Shown piece after piece: positions 24,392 to 31,819 of a stretch of 53,504 nt of DNA. The translations under genes and the position numbers were made by a program. Each line of letters opens with the position of its first letter. The first letter of the stretch is position 1. The stretch comes from a virus. Where the stretch lies: the IMG/VR virus record IMGVR_UViG_3300032883_000088; one strand, 5' to 3'. A model generated the notes under the pieces. The model made no database searches, was not told the DNA's origin, and worked only from the letters and a program-made list of their open reading frames with translations.

Positions 24392-24397
24392 ACCAAC

Positions 24398-24426
24398 AGC
24401 ATACCCCCAGATCGCGGTCGAGTCAA
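24398..24426 (-). promoter_or_regulatory. Sigma70-type promoter TTGACT-17 bp-TATGCT, then 6 nt, then ATG 24391
   Basis: Minus strand cTTGACTcgaccgcgatctgggggTATGCTgttggtATG. Confidence 0.55.
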
Positions 24427-24638
24427 GTCTTTTTCCGAGAATTAGACCGTGCACGGCAATTTTGGCACTCACATGAACCGAGGGTCACAACCTCAGTAAG
24501 GCGAAGGTGATCGACAAGTCGCCACTGCATTAGAGAGTGGAGTAGTAATCGGTGGGACCAAAAGATCGGGTGCTCTACCAGTTGCTGGAACGACTTCCTG
24601 CGCGCTTTTTCGTAGTCAGACAAATACAACGTCTTCAT
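24423..24638 (-). CDS. Hypothetical protein (71 aa), leaderless start
   Basis: ATG 24638 lies 6 nt after the -10 of promoter 24645..24673; the track start 24860 overlaps the upstream gene. Confidence 0.5.
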   Translation of the reverse strand: MKTLYLSDYEKARRKSFQQLVEHPIFWSHRLLLHSLMQWRLVDHLRLTEVVTLGSCECQNCRARSNSRKKT

Positions 24639-24644
24639 GCCGAT

Positions 24645-24673
24645 ACTATATCCTCGAACTACGGCTGAGGCAA
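24645..24673 (-). promoter_or_regulatory. Sigma70-type promoter TTGCCT-17 bp-TATAGT, then 6 nt, then ATG 24638
   Basis: Minus strand cTTGCCTcagccgtagttcgaggaTATAGTatcggcATG. Confidence 0.5.
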
Positions 24674-24689
24674 GCCGTTTGCAAAGAAA

Positions 24690-24733
24690 ATCTCCCCCAT
24701 TGTCGCCTGGCGGCGAACTGCAACAGGGGAGAT
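24690..24733 (-). other. Nested stem-loop: outer 8-bp stem (atctcccc/ggggagat) enclosing a variant of the conserved hairpin (tcgcc-tggc-ggcga, 24703..24716)
   Basis: Inverted repeats read directly from the sequence in the 116-bp gap 24639..24754. Confidence 0.55.
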
Positions 24734-24754
24734 CGTTCTTACCGGACCTTCGGA

Positions 24755-25297
24755 TTAGTTGGTCGGCAATAGGGTTAGGAACACGTCCCACTCGGTCGTA
24801 CCCGTGGTCGTGCTTCCACTTACGGCAAGCTGAGACCGCAATGTGCAGCCCGTAGTCCACACCGCGTACGCCGGCACGATGATGCGAACCACGTCTGTAT
24901 CCTGCGTATCGCCATCCGTGTCCACGCTCGCCACAACGCTGTTGAACGACTCGCTCGCGGCCCCGTCGCCGAGTTCGAGTTTGAAGTCGTGGTCCGGTGC
25001 GCCCCCCGTACGTAGAGACCGCATTACGGTCTTGATCTGGACAATCCGGTACTTCTGACTCAGCACCGGCTTGCTGCCGGCCACGTTCACGATCGCCGCG
25101 GCGCTGTCGTACGCCTGATCCGCGACCGCCTTATGCTTGAGGACTACCATAATCGGCGAACCGTAGATTTTGTCCTCGTCGGCGCTGTACGCGACCGTGC
25201 TCTTCGTGCTCACCGCATCTTGCACCATGACTCCCAATGTGGCCTCCTGGTCTACATGAACTGCGATGTGTGCTACGCTTTCATAGTCTCTTGCCAT
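24755..25297 (-). CDS. Hypothetical acidic, beta-rich protein (180 aa), probably highly expressed
   Basis: ATG preceded by GAGGAAAGT and by the conserved GCAA hairpin; no domain recognised. Confidence 0.6.
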   Translation of the reverse strand: MARDYESVAHIAVHVDQEATLGVMVQDAVSTKSTVAYSADEDKIYGSPIMVVLKHKAVADQAYDSAAAIVNVAGSKPVLSQKYRIVQIKTVMRSLRTGGAPDHDFKLELGDGAASESFNSVVASVDTDGDTQDTDVVRIIVPAYAVWTTGCTLRSQLAVSGSTTTGTTEWDVFLTLLPTN

Positions 25298-25303
25298 ACT
25301 TTC

Positions 25304-25339
25304 CTCGCCTTGCGGCGACCTCCTTTGCGGCTTCGCCGC
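25304..25339 (-). other. Two consecutive hairpins in the 49-bp gap: conserved AGGTCGCC-GCAA-GGCGAG (25304..25321) and GCGGC-GAA-GCCGC (25327..25339)
   Basis: Stems read directly; the first ends 7 nt before ATG 25297. Confidence 0.65.
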
Positions 25340-25346
25340 GGTTTAT

Positions 25347-25562
25347 TTACTGCTTAGCTTCCAACTTCGCCACGGCTACAGTTAAGGACGCAACAGTTGC
25401 GTCCAGTTTATCCACCTGCGTCGTCAATCGGGTTATCACGTCCTTCAATCCGTCCACCCGAATTGCTTCCGTCAAGTTTCGACTCGTTACGGCCATAGCC
25501 ACGCTTGTAACGGCCACACCGATCAGTGACCCTACTACAGCCCCGGTCCAGTTTGTCTTCAC
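25347..25562 (-). CDS. Small membrane protein: N-terminal TM helix plus coiled-coil tail (71 aa)
   Basis: GAVVGSLIGVAVTSVAMAV, then a heptad-like LKDVITRLTTQVDKLDATVASLTVAVAKLEAKQ; GTG start. Confidence 0.5.
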   Translation of the reverse strand: MKTNWTGAVVGSLIGVAVTSVAMAVTSRNLTEAIRVDGLKDVITRLTTQVDKLDATVASLTVAVAKLEAKQ

Positions 25563-25571
25563 GACTCATTC

Positions 25572-26285
25572 CTACGGAAGGGGAACCAAGGTCAGGTACG
25601 TCACGCGAACCTTGAGGCTTTCCCCGGCCCCGCCGATTGTCCCGTGGGCAACCCCGCTCTCACCGCACGCCCATACCCGAATGTCCTCCGGGATAGTGAG
25701 TACCTTCCAATTCGGAATCTTGTCGATGGTCAACCCACTCGCAAGGCCCGTGGTCATCCCGTACTTGCTGGCAAGTGCGGCGGTCCCTACCCCTATGTTT
25801 GTACCCCCATTGGCCCCCGTCACCGTGGTTATCAGCCTGAGTTGCACTCCGAGGATCACGGCCCCAATCGGAACTACGTCCGACAAGTTGAACGACGCCG
25901 CGGCCGGGTCAAGGCTCACTGTGTCGTCAAGAATCTCCATCTCCTGCGTTAGCGTCGCCAATTCGTCCAGGTTGACATCTTCCAACTTGGTGTCGGTGTA
26001 CGCCTCCGCCGCCGCCTCGGCTGCATCGGCCTTGGCAGTCGCATCTAGTGCTGCCGCCGCCTCTGCTGCTGCCTGCGCTGCGGCTGCCTTGCTCGTGGCG
26101 TCATCCGCTGCCGCGCCCGCTACCGCTTGTCCAACTTCGTAAAGCATTTCAGGGTCCTCCAATACTTCGATTACGCCGGTTCTGATCGCGGCATGAACAT
26201 CGCCGCTGTGTTCGTACGGCAGATATGCCTGTCGTACGTCCTTGTGTGCAATGTCTGCCGAGTGAATAGCCACATCTAAAGTCAC
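25572..26285 (-). CDS. Hypothetical protein with an Ala-rich central helix and a beta-rich C-terminus (237 aa)
   Basis: First gene downstream of the leftward promoter 26321..26349; GTG start, exact start uncertain. Confidence 0.55.
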   Translation of the reverse strand: MTLDVAIHSADIAHKDVRQAYLPYEHSGDVHAAIRTGVIEVLEDPEMLYEVGQAVAGAAADDATSKAAAAQAAAEAAAALDATAKADAAEAAAEAYTDTKLEDVNLDELATLTQEMEILDDTVSLDPAAASFNLSDVVPIGAVILGVQLRLITTVTGANGGTNIGVGTAALASKYGMTTGLASGLTIDKIPNWKVLTIPEDIRVWACGESGVAHGTIGGAGESLKVRVTYLTLVPLP

Positions 26286-26320
26286 CCTTTACGTGGGTTC
26301 GGACTTCAATTCGCCAACCT

Positions 26321-26349
26321 ATTATAGGTCCGTTTGTGGATAGAATCAA
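26321..26349 (-). promoter_or_regulatory. Leftward promoter TTGATT-17 bp-TATAAT (GACCTATAAT)
   Basis: Minus strand gcTTGATTctatccacaaacggaccTATAATagg; back to back with 26355..26382. Confidence 0.6.
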
Positions 26350-26354
26350 GCCCC

Positions 26355-26382
26355 TTGACTTCCCTCCGCGTTTGGGTATAGT
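26355..26382 (+). promoter_or_regulatory. Rightward promoter TTGACT-16 bp-TATAGT, then 6 nt, then ATG 26389 (leaderless polymerase mRNA)
   Basis: Plus strand ccTTGACTtccctccgcgtttgggTATAGTctgttgATG. Confidence 0.6.
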
Positions 26383-26388
26383 CTGTTG

Positions 26389-28926
26389 ATGGGGGTTGAA
26401 CATGCAACAGAACCTTTGGCTCCCGGATACTCTACGCGGTTGGTGCCGATGGTACGATACGGAAGCGGGAAGCACGATACGGCCTTGCTCGTGGTAGGAG
26501 AAGCCCCCGGAAAAGACGAGGACGAAAAGGGGGAACCATTCGTAGGTAAATCGGGAAAGCTATTACGGGGAGCGTATCTCGATCATTGGGAGTTTGGAAA
26601 CTATGCGTCCTTGTATCTTACCAATTCGGTACGATGCCGTCCCCCGGACAATCGCACTCCTCGGCCATCGGAGATTAAGGCCCATCATCAATTGTTGGAG
26701 TTGGATATCCGTGGGTTGGCAGAGAAGTATTCGAGTATTGTTGTGCTTGCCGTAGGAGCAACAGCGTGCAAAGCGTTTGGGATGAAATCCTTATCCGCTG
26801 CGTTCAAGCAACAAGGTGGGGAAGTCCTCTTCGGGAATGTCATAGTCCGCTTTTTCGCCACGTGGCACCCTGCTTTCGTCTTACGCGATCCGTCAGTTGG
26901 AACGTCCTTAGAGTCGCATTTGGCCTGTCTGATGCGGCATTTGCGTGGTTCAACGGAGCAACCCGTCGTTACCTCAAAAAGCAATTGGCTCGTCGCGCCC
27001 GCGCACGTGCCGCACAAAGGAGTAGTGTGTCTTGACATCGAAACCTATGGGTGCATTTCTGGGGTGGAGCAAAGCCAGTTTCACCCTGCGAAAGCAGTTT
27101 ATTGGGACGGCGTCCGGCCGGCTAACGCAATTATATCGTGCGCCCTCTCCTGGGATGGCGGCTCCGCTTTCTACAATCTGGGACTACAACATCATCGGCG
27201 CGCGTTGTGCGCGGTCTTGAGGCAGGTACAGCATGAACAATGTGTTCTCCTACTCCAAAATGCAACATTTGATCTCACGTTCCTACGGGCATTCCTCCCT
27301 GCTTGCCGTCCATATCTGGAGCTACCACTTCGCCTGGCGGACCTTATGGTATCCAGCTACCTTGTTGATGAGGCTCGCCCAGAGCGGTCACTCAAAGCCC
27401 TCGCCCCCCTTCTGATGGGACAGCAAGGATTGTACAAAGACGAATGGCGGTCGTTGAACTTTACCGGCCCGGACGACCCGGAACTTGCACGTTACAACAT
27501 AGCAGATACGGAGCGTACGTATGGATGCAATAAGATTTGTCGTGAGTCCTACCCCAGCATGTACGGAATTGAAACGGGCAAAGGATCGGAGTATTCAGAT
27601 CGTTGGTATTCCGATCTCCTGCACCTCGTCACATGGATGTCTGAGGCCGGTGTACTTTTGGATGTACCGGCACTCACGCTTTTGGACCGACACCTTTCCG
27701 TTCGTAAGTCTCGCATCGAACGATTGGCGAAGTCCACCCTCGATCTAACGCTTGAGGGCAAAGGCTCAGACAAATCCAAACGCGGCGCGGTCTCCGCTGC
27801 GGTTAAAAGCATTCCGTGCGCCGATGACGGAGAACTCGTGAGCGATCGTATCAAACTCACCAAAACGGGAAAGATGCCTTACGATGAAGAAACTCGTAAT
27901 CTGCTCGTACCATTACTCCGAACGAATGGCGATCGTCGCACTCTTCGCGCGTTACATGTTATTGGGTTGCACCAAAATGTGGCTAAGGTATTGTCCACCT
28001 ACACTGGCCCGATGCTTCGCGGTCGCAAGCGCGGGGCGACCTGGGACAACTCGCCCCGCGTGATTGACGGCCGGGTGTACCCAACGTGGTATCCGGTCCC
28101 CCGCGAGTTCGGGGCGGGTGAATCAGGCGGCACCAAGCAAGGTCGCCTCTCCGCCAAGTCCCCATCCGTCCCCACATTCCCGCCAGCGCTCAAGAAACTC
28201 ATCCAGGTGGACGCTTGGGTCGATTACTCCGGTATCGAACTCCGTACAGCAGCATTGATGAGCGGGGACCCGGTGATGATGTCCGAGCTTTCCGGCCCGG
28301 ACGGCGACCTGCACGCGCGGACGGCCCGGCTGATCTTCGGCGACGATATCGTGAACCACCCCCTGTTCCGCGCGGTATACCGCCAAGCTGGAAAAAAAAC
28401 CAACTTTCTCATGCTCTACTTAGGTGGCGCGGAGAAACTGCGGCACACGCTTTTAACCAAGGTCGGACTTGACTATCCGATCGAGAAGTGCTATGCTGCC
28501 ATAGATGGATTCTGGTCAACGTACCACGTACTGCGCGCGTTTATCGACTCCGCGGTCGCCTCCGTGCGCAAAAAGGGCTTCTATGAACTTCCGCTCACCG
28601 GCCAATCGCGCCTTTTCGCTCGCGCGAACCCACCGATCAATGAGGTTGCATCCTTTCTCTTCCAGCCTATTGCCGCTAACATTACTCTTTCTGCCCAGTA
28701 TCATCTTTGGGCAACCGCGAAACGAGAGAACGTGGCGATGACCTGCCCCGTGAACATCTACGACGCCATCGGCATCGTGCTCCACCCCCAAGAACGCCGT
28801 CGGTACAGTATGAAGCGCGCATCGAAGCTCATGGTGGACATCCTTCCGAACCCCCCGTATTACCGCGATCTGTGCGCCCACCTCGGCCGCACGCTACCAT
28901 TGGCTTACGAGGTAACGAATGGATAG
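26389..28926 (+). CDS. Family-A DNA polymerase with N-terminal UDG-family-4-like domain and 3'-5' exonuclease domain (845 aa)
   Basis: UDG-like: GEAPGKDEDEKGEPFVGKSGKLL ... HPAFVLRDPS. Exo: VCLDIETYG, QNATFDLTFL. Pol motif A VDYSGIELR, motif B RQAGKKTNFLMLYLGG, motif C region VNIYDAI. Confidence 0.9.
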   Translation: MGVEHATEPLAPGYSTRLVPMVRYGSGKHDTALLVVGEAPGKDEDEKGEPFVGKSGKLLRGAYLDHWEFGNYASLYLTNSVRCRPPDNRTPRPSEIKAHHQLLELDIRGLAEKYSSIVVLAVGATACKAFGMKSLSAAFKQQGGEVLFGNVIVRFFATWHPAFVLRDPSVGTSLESHLACLMRHLRGSTEQPVVTSKSNWLVAPAHVPHKGVVCLDIETYGCISGVEQSQFHPAKAVYWDGVRPANAIISCALSWDGGSAFYNLGLQHHRRALCAVLRQVQHEQCVLLLQNATFDLTFLRAFLPACRPYLELPLRLADLMVSSYLVDEARPERSLKALAPLLMGQQGLYKDEWRSLNFTGPDDPELARYNIADTERTYGCNKICRESYPSMYGIETGKGSEYSDRWYSDLLHLVTWMSEAGVLLDVPALTLLDRHLSVRKSRIERLAKSTLDLTLEGKGSDKSKRGAVSAAVKSIPCADDGELVSDRIKLTKTGKMPYDEETRNLLVPLLRTNGDRRTLRALHVIGLHQNVAKVLSTYTGPMLRGRKRGATWDNSPRVIDGRVYPTWYPVPREFGAGESGGTKQGRLSAKSPSVPTFPPALKKLIQVDAWVDYSGIELRTAALMSGDPVMMSELSGPDGDLHARTARLIFGDDIVNHPLFRAVYRQAGKKTNFLMLYLGGAEKLRHTLLTKVGLDYPIEKCYAAIDGFWSTYHVLRAFIDSAVASVRKKGFYELPLTGQSRLFARANPPINEVASFLFQPIAANITLSAQYHLWATAKRENVAMTCPVNIYDAIGIVLHPQERRRYSMKRASKLMVDILPNPPYYRDLCAHLGRTLPLAYEVTNG
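28469..28497 (+). promoter_or_regulatory. Promoter-like element inside the polymerase gene: TTGACT-17 bp-(TGc)TATGCT
   Basis: Plus strand acTTGACTatccgatcgagaagtgcTATGCTgccatagATG. Confidence 0.35.
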
Positions 28927-30097
28927 CAATGTACAACGTACGCTGGATATGCTCCGTGTACACCTACGAAACCCGGTCGGTGATTTACGGAAAAAGGTCG
29001 CCGCTGAACTTGGATTGTCTCTTCATGCGGCTCGGCAAACCCTTGCTATGGCTCGTGTTCTCGACTCATCTCCAGTTGTAGTACCTATAGACCCCAAGGA
29101 CCCGTTGTTCCGCTCGCGGTTGGTACGCGAGTTGCGTCGGCCGATCACGCCTGCCAAGCTCGCCGCCAAGTTGGGCGTTCTCGTTTCTGATGTGGGGAAC
29201 ACACTTGAGGACCTTGAAGGTAGTGGCTACATCATACTTCGCGTTGGTAATAGCGTATCGATTGGGACTTCCGTACAACAGAGTTGCGACCACGTAGTAC
29301 AGGCAAATCACTTTATCGGAAAGCCCCTATCATTCGGCGTGGTCGCGGATATGCACCTATGTTCTACCTCCGAGCGCCTAGATGTACTTGAAGCCGCATA
29401 CGACGAGTTCGCGCACCGCAAGATCAACACGGTCCTCTGCCCCGGTAACTACGTAGACGGCGAGTGTCGGTACAACGCACACGAGCTCAAGGCCCATGGG
29501 GTCGCGGACCAGTGCTATTACGCACTAGACCATTGGCCCCAGCGGAAGGGAATCAAGACCTACTATGTCGATGGTGACGATCACGAGGGTTGGTTCCAGC
29601 AACGCGAGGGCATCGAGTTTGGTCGATTTTTACATCTTGAAGCTCTGGCCCGCGGCCGCAAGGACCTCACGTATCTGGGTTACATGGAGGCAGACTTTGA
29701 ACTCAAGGCTCCCGGCGGGTCATCTGTTGTTAAACTGATCCACGCCGGCGGAGGTTCCAGTTATGCGTATAGTTACTCTTCCCAGAAGTTGGCTGAATCT
29801 TTTCAGGGGGGAGAGAAGCCGGCTGTGGCTATTATCGGACACTACCACAAGCAGGAATACTGTTTTCCGCGGAACGTGCATTGCATTCAGTCAGGCTGCT
29901 GTCAAGATCAGACTCGGTTTATGAGGAAGCGTAAACTCGCCGCGCACGTCGGGTTCGCGGTCATTACCTTGCAACAGGACACCAAGGGCAGCATCTCGCG
30001 GTTCGGGGTCGAGTTCTTCCCCTTCTGGGACCGTGGATATTACCTATCACGTGATGGACAAGCCCTCGCCACGCGGCTACAATCCCGTGATAGGTAA
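28919..30097 (+). CDS. Calcineurin-like metallophosphoesterase (Mre11/SbcD-like) with an N-terminal winged-helix domain (392 aa)
   Basis: VVADMHLCS, GNYVDGE, GDDHEGW, IHAGGG, IGHYH; N-terminus PITPAKLAAKLGVLVSDVGNTLEDLEGSGYIIL. Confidence 0.75.
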   Translation: MDSNVQRTLDMLRVHLRNPVGDLRKKVAAELGLSLHAARQTLAMARVLDSSPVVVPIDPKDPLFRSRLVRELRRPITPAKLAAKLGVLVSDVGNTLEDLEGSGYIILRVGNSVSIGTSVQQSCDHVVQANHFIGKPLSFGVVADMHLCSTSERLDVLEAAYDEFAHRKINTVLCPGNYVDGECRYNAHELKAHGVADQCYYALDHWPQRKGIKTYYVDGDDHEGWFQQREGIEFGRFLHLEALARGRKDLTYLGYMEADFELKAPGGSSVVKLIHAGGGSSYAYSYSSQKLAESFQGGEKPAVAIIGHYHKQEYCFPRNVHCIQSGCCQDQTRFMRKRKLAAHVGFAVITLQQDTKGSISRFGVEFFPFWDRGYYLSRDGQALATRLQSRDR

Positions 30098-30100
30098 TGT

Positions 30101-30301
30101 ATGCCGATGAGGTGGTTAGAGGATGACCTTGATGACGCGGACGGCACCCAGCCGTACCATGAGGACGGTACGTACATCTGCCGCAACTGTGCGGCGGAAC
30201 TTCCCGGCCGCGGTTCCCTCTGCCGCGCTTGCAAAGCCCGGAAGGAGTGGCGAATCAGGAGAGAGGACGCACAGGAGAAAGAGTATGGTACCCGAGAATG
30301 A
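30101..30301 (+). CDS. Zinc-ribbon protein (66 aa)
   Basis: CRNC ... CRAC. Confidence 0.55.
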   Translation: MPMRWLEDDLDDADGTQPYHEDGTYICRNCAAELPGRGSLCRACKARKEWRIRREDAQEKEYGTRE

Positions 30302-30419
30302 CGTGGTTCCTCTATGGGAACTCTGCCTATTTGCTATTGTAATGCTGGCCATGATCGGCACCTACCTACGTAGTCTCGTAAGGGACAAAGGGGAGGATAA
30401 GCATGAGCAAGGGGTCTAA
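30285..30419 (+). CDS. Possible small membrane protein (44 aa)
   Basis: AGGAGA 6 nt upstream of ATG 30285; LWELCLFAIVMLAMIGTYL helix; below the ORF-track size cut-off as an independent gene. Confidence 0.3.
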   Translation: MVPENDVVPLWELCLFAIVMLAMIGTYLRSLVRDKGEDKHEQGV

Positions 30420-30876
30420 CCGCCGGCCGTGCCAATTGACGCGGGCGGAAGAAGAGCAGCGATGGATTGACGCCTTCGGCCCCCGCCCCATCCCAAACGT
30501 GATGTCCGATGAGGACCGAATGGAGTTGGTTATCGGCCCCCTGGGAGTAGAGGAAATCCAGGAACGAATGATCCATGACCGAGATCGAGAAGCTGGTGGA
30601 AACGTATCTGCGGACAAGCATGACGGCGGAGGTCTTCATGCGGAAGGCCAAGACCCTGAGATGCAAGGCCCGTTTTGGGTTGGCCCCGGCTACCGCGGAG
30701 AGTATATCTGCCCTCACGGATGCCGCCACGGAAACCACATCCACGGCTGCGACGGCTGCTGCTCGCGGGATGACTTCCCCGGACGATCCGCGATGAGGAT
30801 TACCAATGTCCCAAACGACATGAAAACAGGGGATGAACCTCAATATCCTGTCGAGGACTTTTGGAGTTCGATGTAA
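30403..30876 (+). CDS. Cys/His-rich protein, second copy of the FWVGPGYRGEY-CPHG-HGN-IHGC module (157 aa)
   Basis: GGGGAGGA 5 nt upstream; FWVGPGYRGEYICPHGCRHGNHIHGCDGCC. Confidence 0.55.
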   Translation: MSKGSNRRPCQLTRAEEEQRWIDAFGPRPIPNVMSDEDRMELVIGPLGVEEIQERMIHDRDREAGGNVSADKHDGGGLHAEGQDPEMQGPFWVGPGYRGEYICPHGCRHGNHIHGCDGCCSRDDFPGRSAMRITNVPNDMKTGDEPQYPVEDFWSSM

Positions 30877-31064
30877 TGAATAGGCAGAACAAGTTAGTAA
30901 CACGAAGTCGGTCCAACGCCCTAACGCGCAAGATGCAACTCCGCGATGCGCAGTCCCAGAACAACGCTAAACTCGCGGACGAGGTCGCCAAGCGTCTCGA
31001 ACCCTTTATTAGGGCCGAGATCGCACGCCAACTCGCCGAACTTGATAGCCTGGACGGAAGTTAA
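30876..31064 (+). CDS. Small basic helical protein (62 aa)
   Basis: TAATG overlap with the upstream stop. Confidence 0.45.
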   Translation: MNRQNKLVTRSRSNALTRKMQLRDAQSQNNAKLADEVAKRLEPFIRAEIARQLAELDSLDGS

Positions 31065-31065
31065 G

Positions 31066-31611
31066 ATGTATAACCTCACGGTCATCCAGGACTCGCGGGA
31101 ACAAACGCCACTCGTGTTCCCGGACCACATCAAAGTCCATTTGCGGCGGTCCAAGACTCCGACACTCATAAAAATCACGACGGAGGTTGACACTCTTCCC
31201 GCGGGTGACTATACTATTAAAGGATTCGACAATGTGGTGTTGGTCGAAACCAAACGGTCAGCCCGTGAGTTGCACGACAACCTGCTGACCGCGGACTTTC
31301 GGAGAACTTCCCATGCGTTTGAGCGTTTGTCCTTGGCAAAGCACCCCCTCTTGGTATGCGAGTTTGGACAGAGCGAGCTACTTAACGAGACACGGGGCAT
31401 GGCGGGCGGCGGTCAAGCCGTTGCAGACGCATTGGCGTACATTGTTGCGGAATACGGCCTCTCGGTTTGGTTTGCCGGGCCACGTTCCGGGGCATACGCA
31501 CGGCGGCGGACGGCGGAATGCATTCTCCGCCTAATGATCGCCTGCGTGGAACTTGAATACCCAAACTTCCTGCATGGAGTAAAGGACGGCGCTGAGGAGG
31601 AGAGAACATGA
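31066..31611 (+). CDS. ERCC4 (XPF/Mus81)-type nuclease, candidate junction resolvase (181 aa)
   Basis: VIQDSREQTP ... AGDYTI ... VLVETKRSARELHDNL (D-x-RE ... GDY ... E-x-K pattern). Confidence 0.65.
   Translation: MYNLTVIQDSREQTPLVFPDHIKVHLRRSKTPTLIKITTEVDTLPAGDYTIKGFDNVVLVETKRSARELHDNLLTADFRRTSHAFERLSLAKHPLLVCEFGQSELLNETRGMAGGGQAVADALAYIVAEYGLSVWFAGPRSGAYARRRTAECILRLMIACVELEYPNFLHGVKDGAEEERT
31547..31580. repeat. 34-bp direct repeat, copy 1 (32/34 identical to 31820..31853)
   Basis: tggaacttgaatacccaaacttcctgcatggagt versus tggaacttgaatatccaaacttcctacatggagt. Confidence 0.9.
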
Positions 31612-31808
31612 GTGGGATATTCCACCACAGATTGGGAATCATCATAGCCTACTGCCTTTGCCCGGCCTCCGAGCTTCCCGTTGCGGTCAGGAAGGCGGAG
31701 ACCGTCGGCGAGTTCTGTGTCGCCTTGGGCCTACCGGCGGTGGAGCCGGTCGATCTCGCCGCGTTGAAGGAGCGCTTCGCGCGCCTCGGCGACGCGGCGA
31801 ATGGGTAA
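31608..31808 (+). CDS. Hypothetical protein (66 aa) bracketed by the 34-bp repeats
   Basis: ATGA overlap with the nuclease stop. Confidence 0.45.
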   Translation: MSGIFHHRLGIIIAYCLCPASELPVAVRKAETVGEFCVALGLPAVEPVDLAALKERFARLGDAANG

Positions 31809-31819
31809 GTGGACACGCA

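Noticed and set aside
28392-28399. A8 homopolymer in the polymerase gene as a slippage or phase-variation site
   Set aside because: It encodes the conserved Lys-Lys of motif B (GKKTNF) in frame, and no alternative ORF of interest opens after a +1 or -1 shift.
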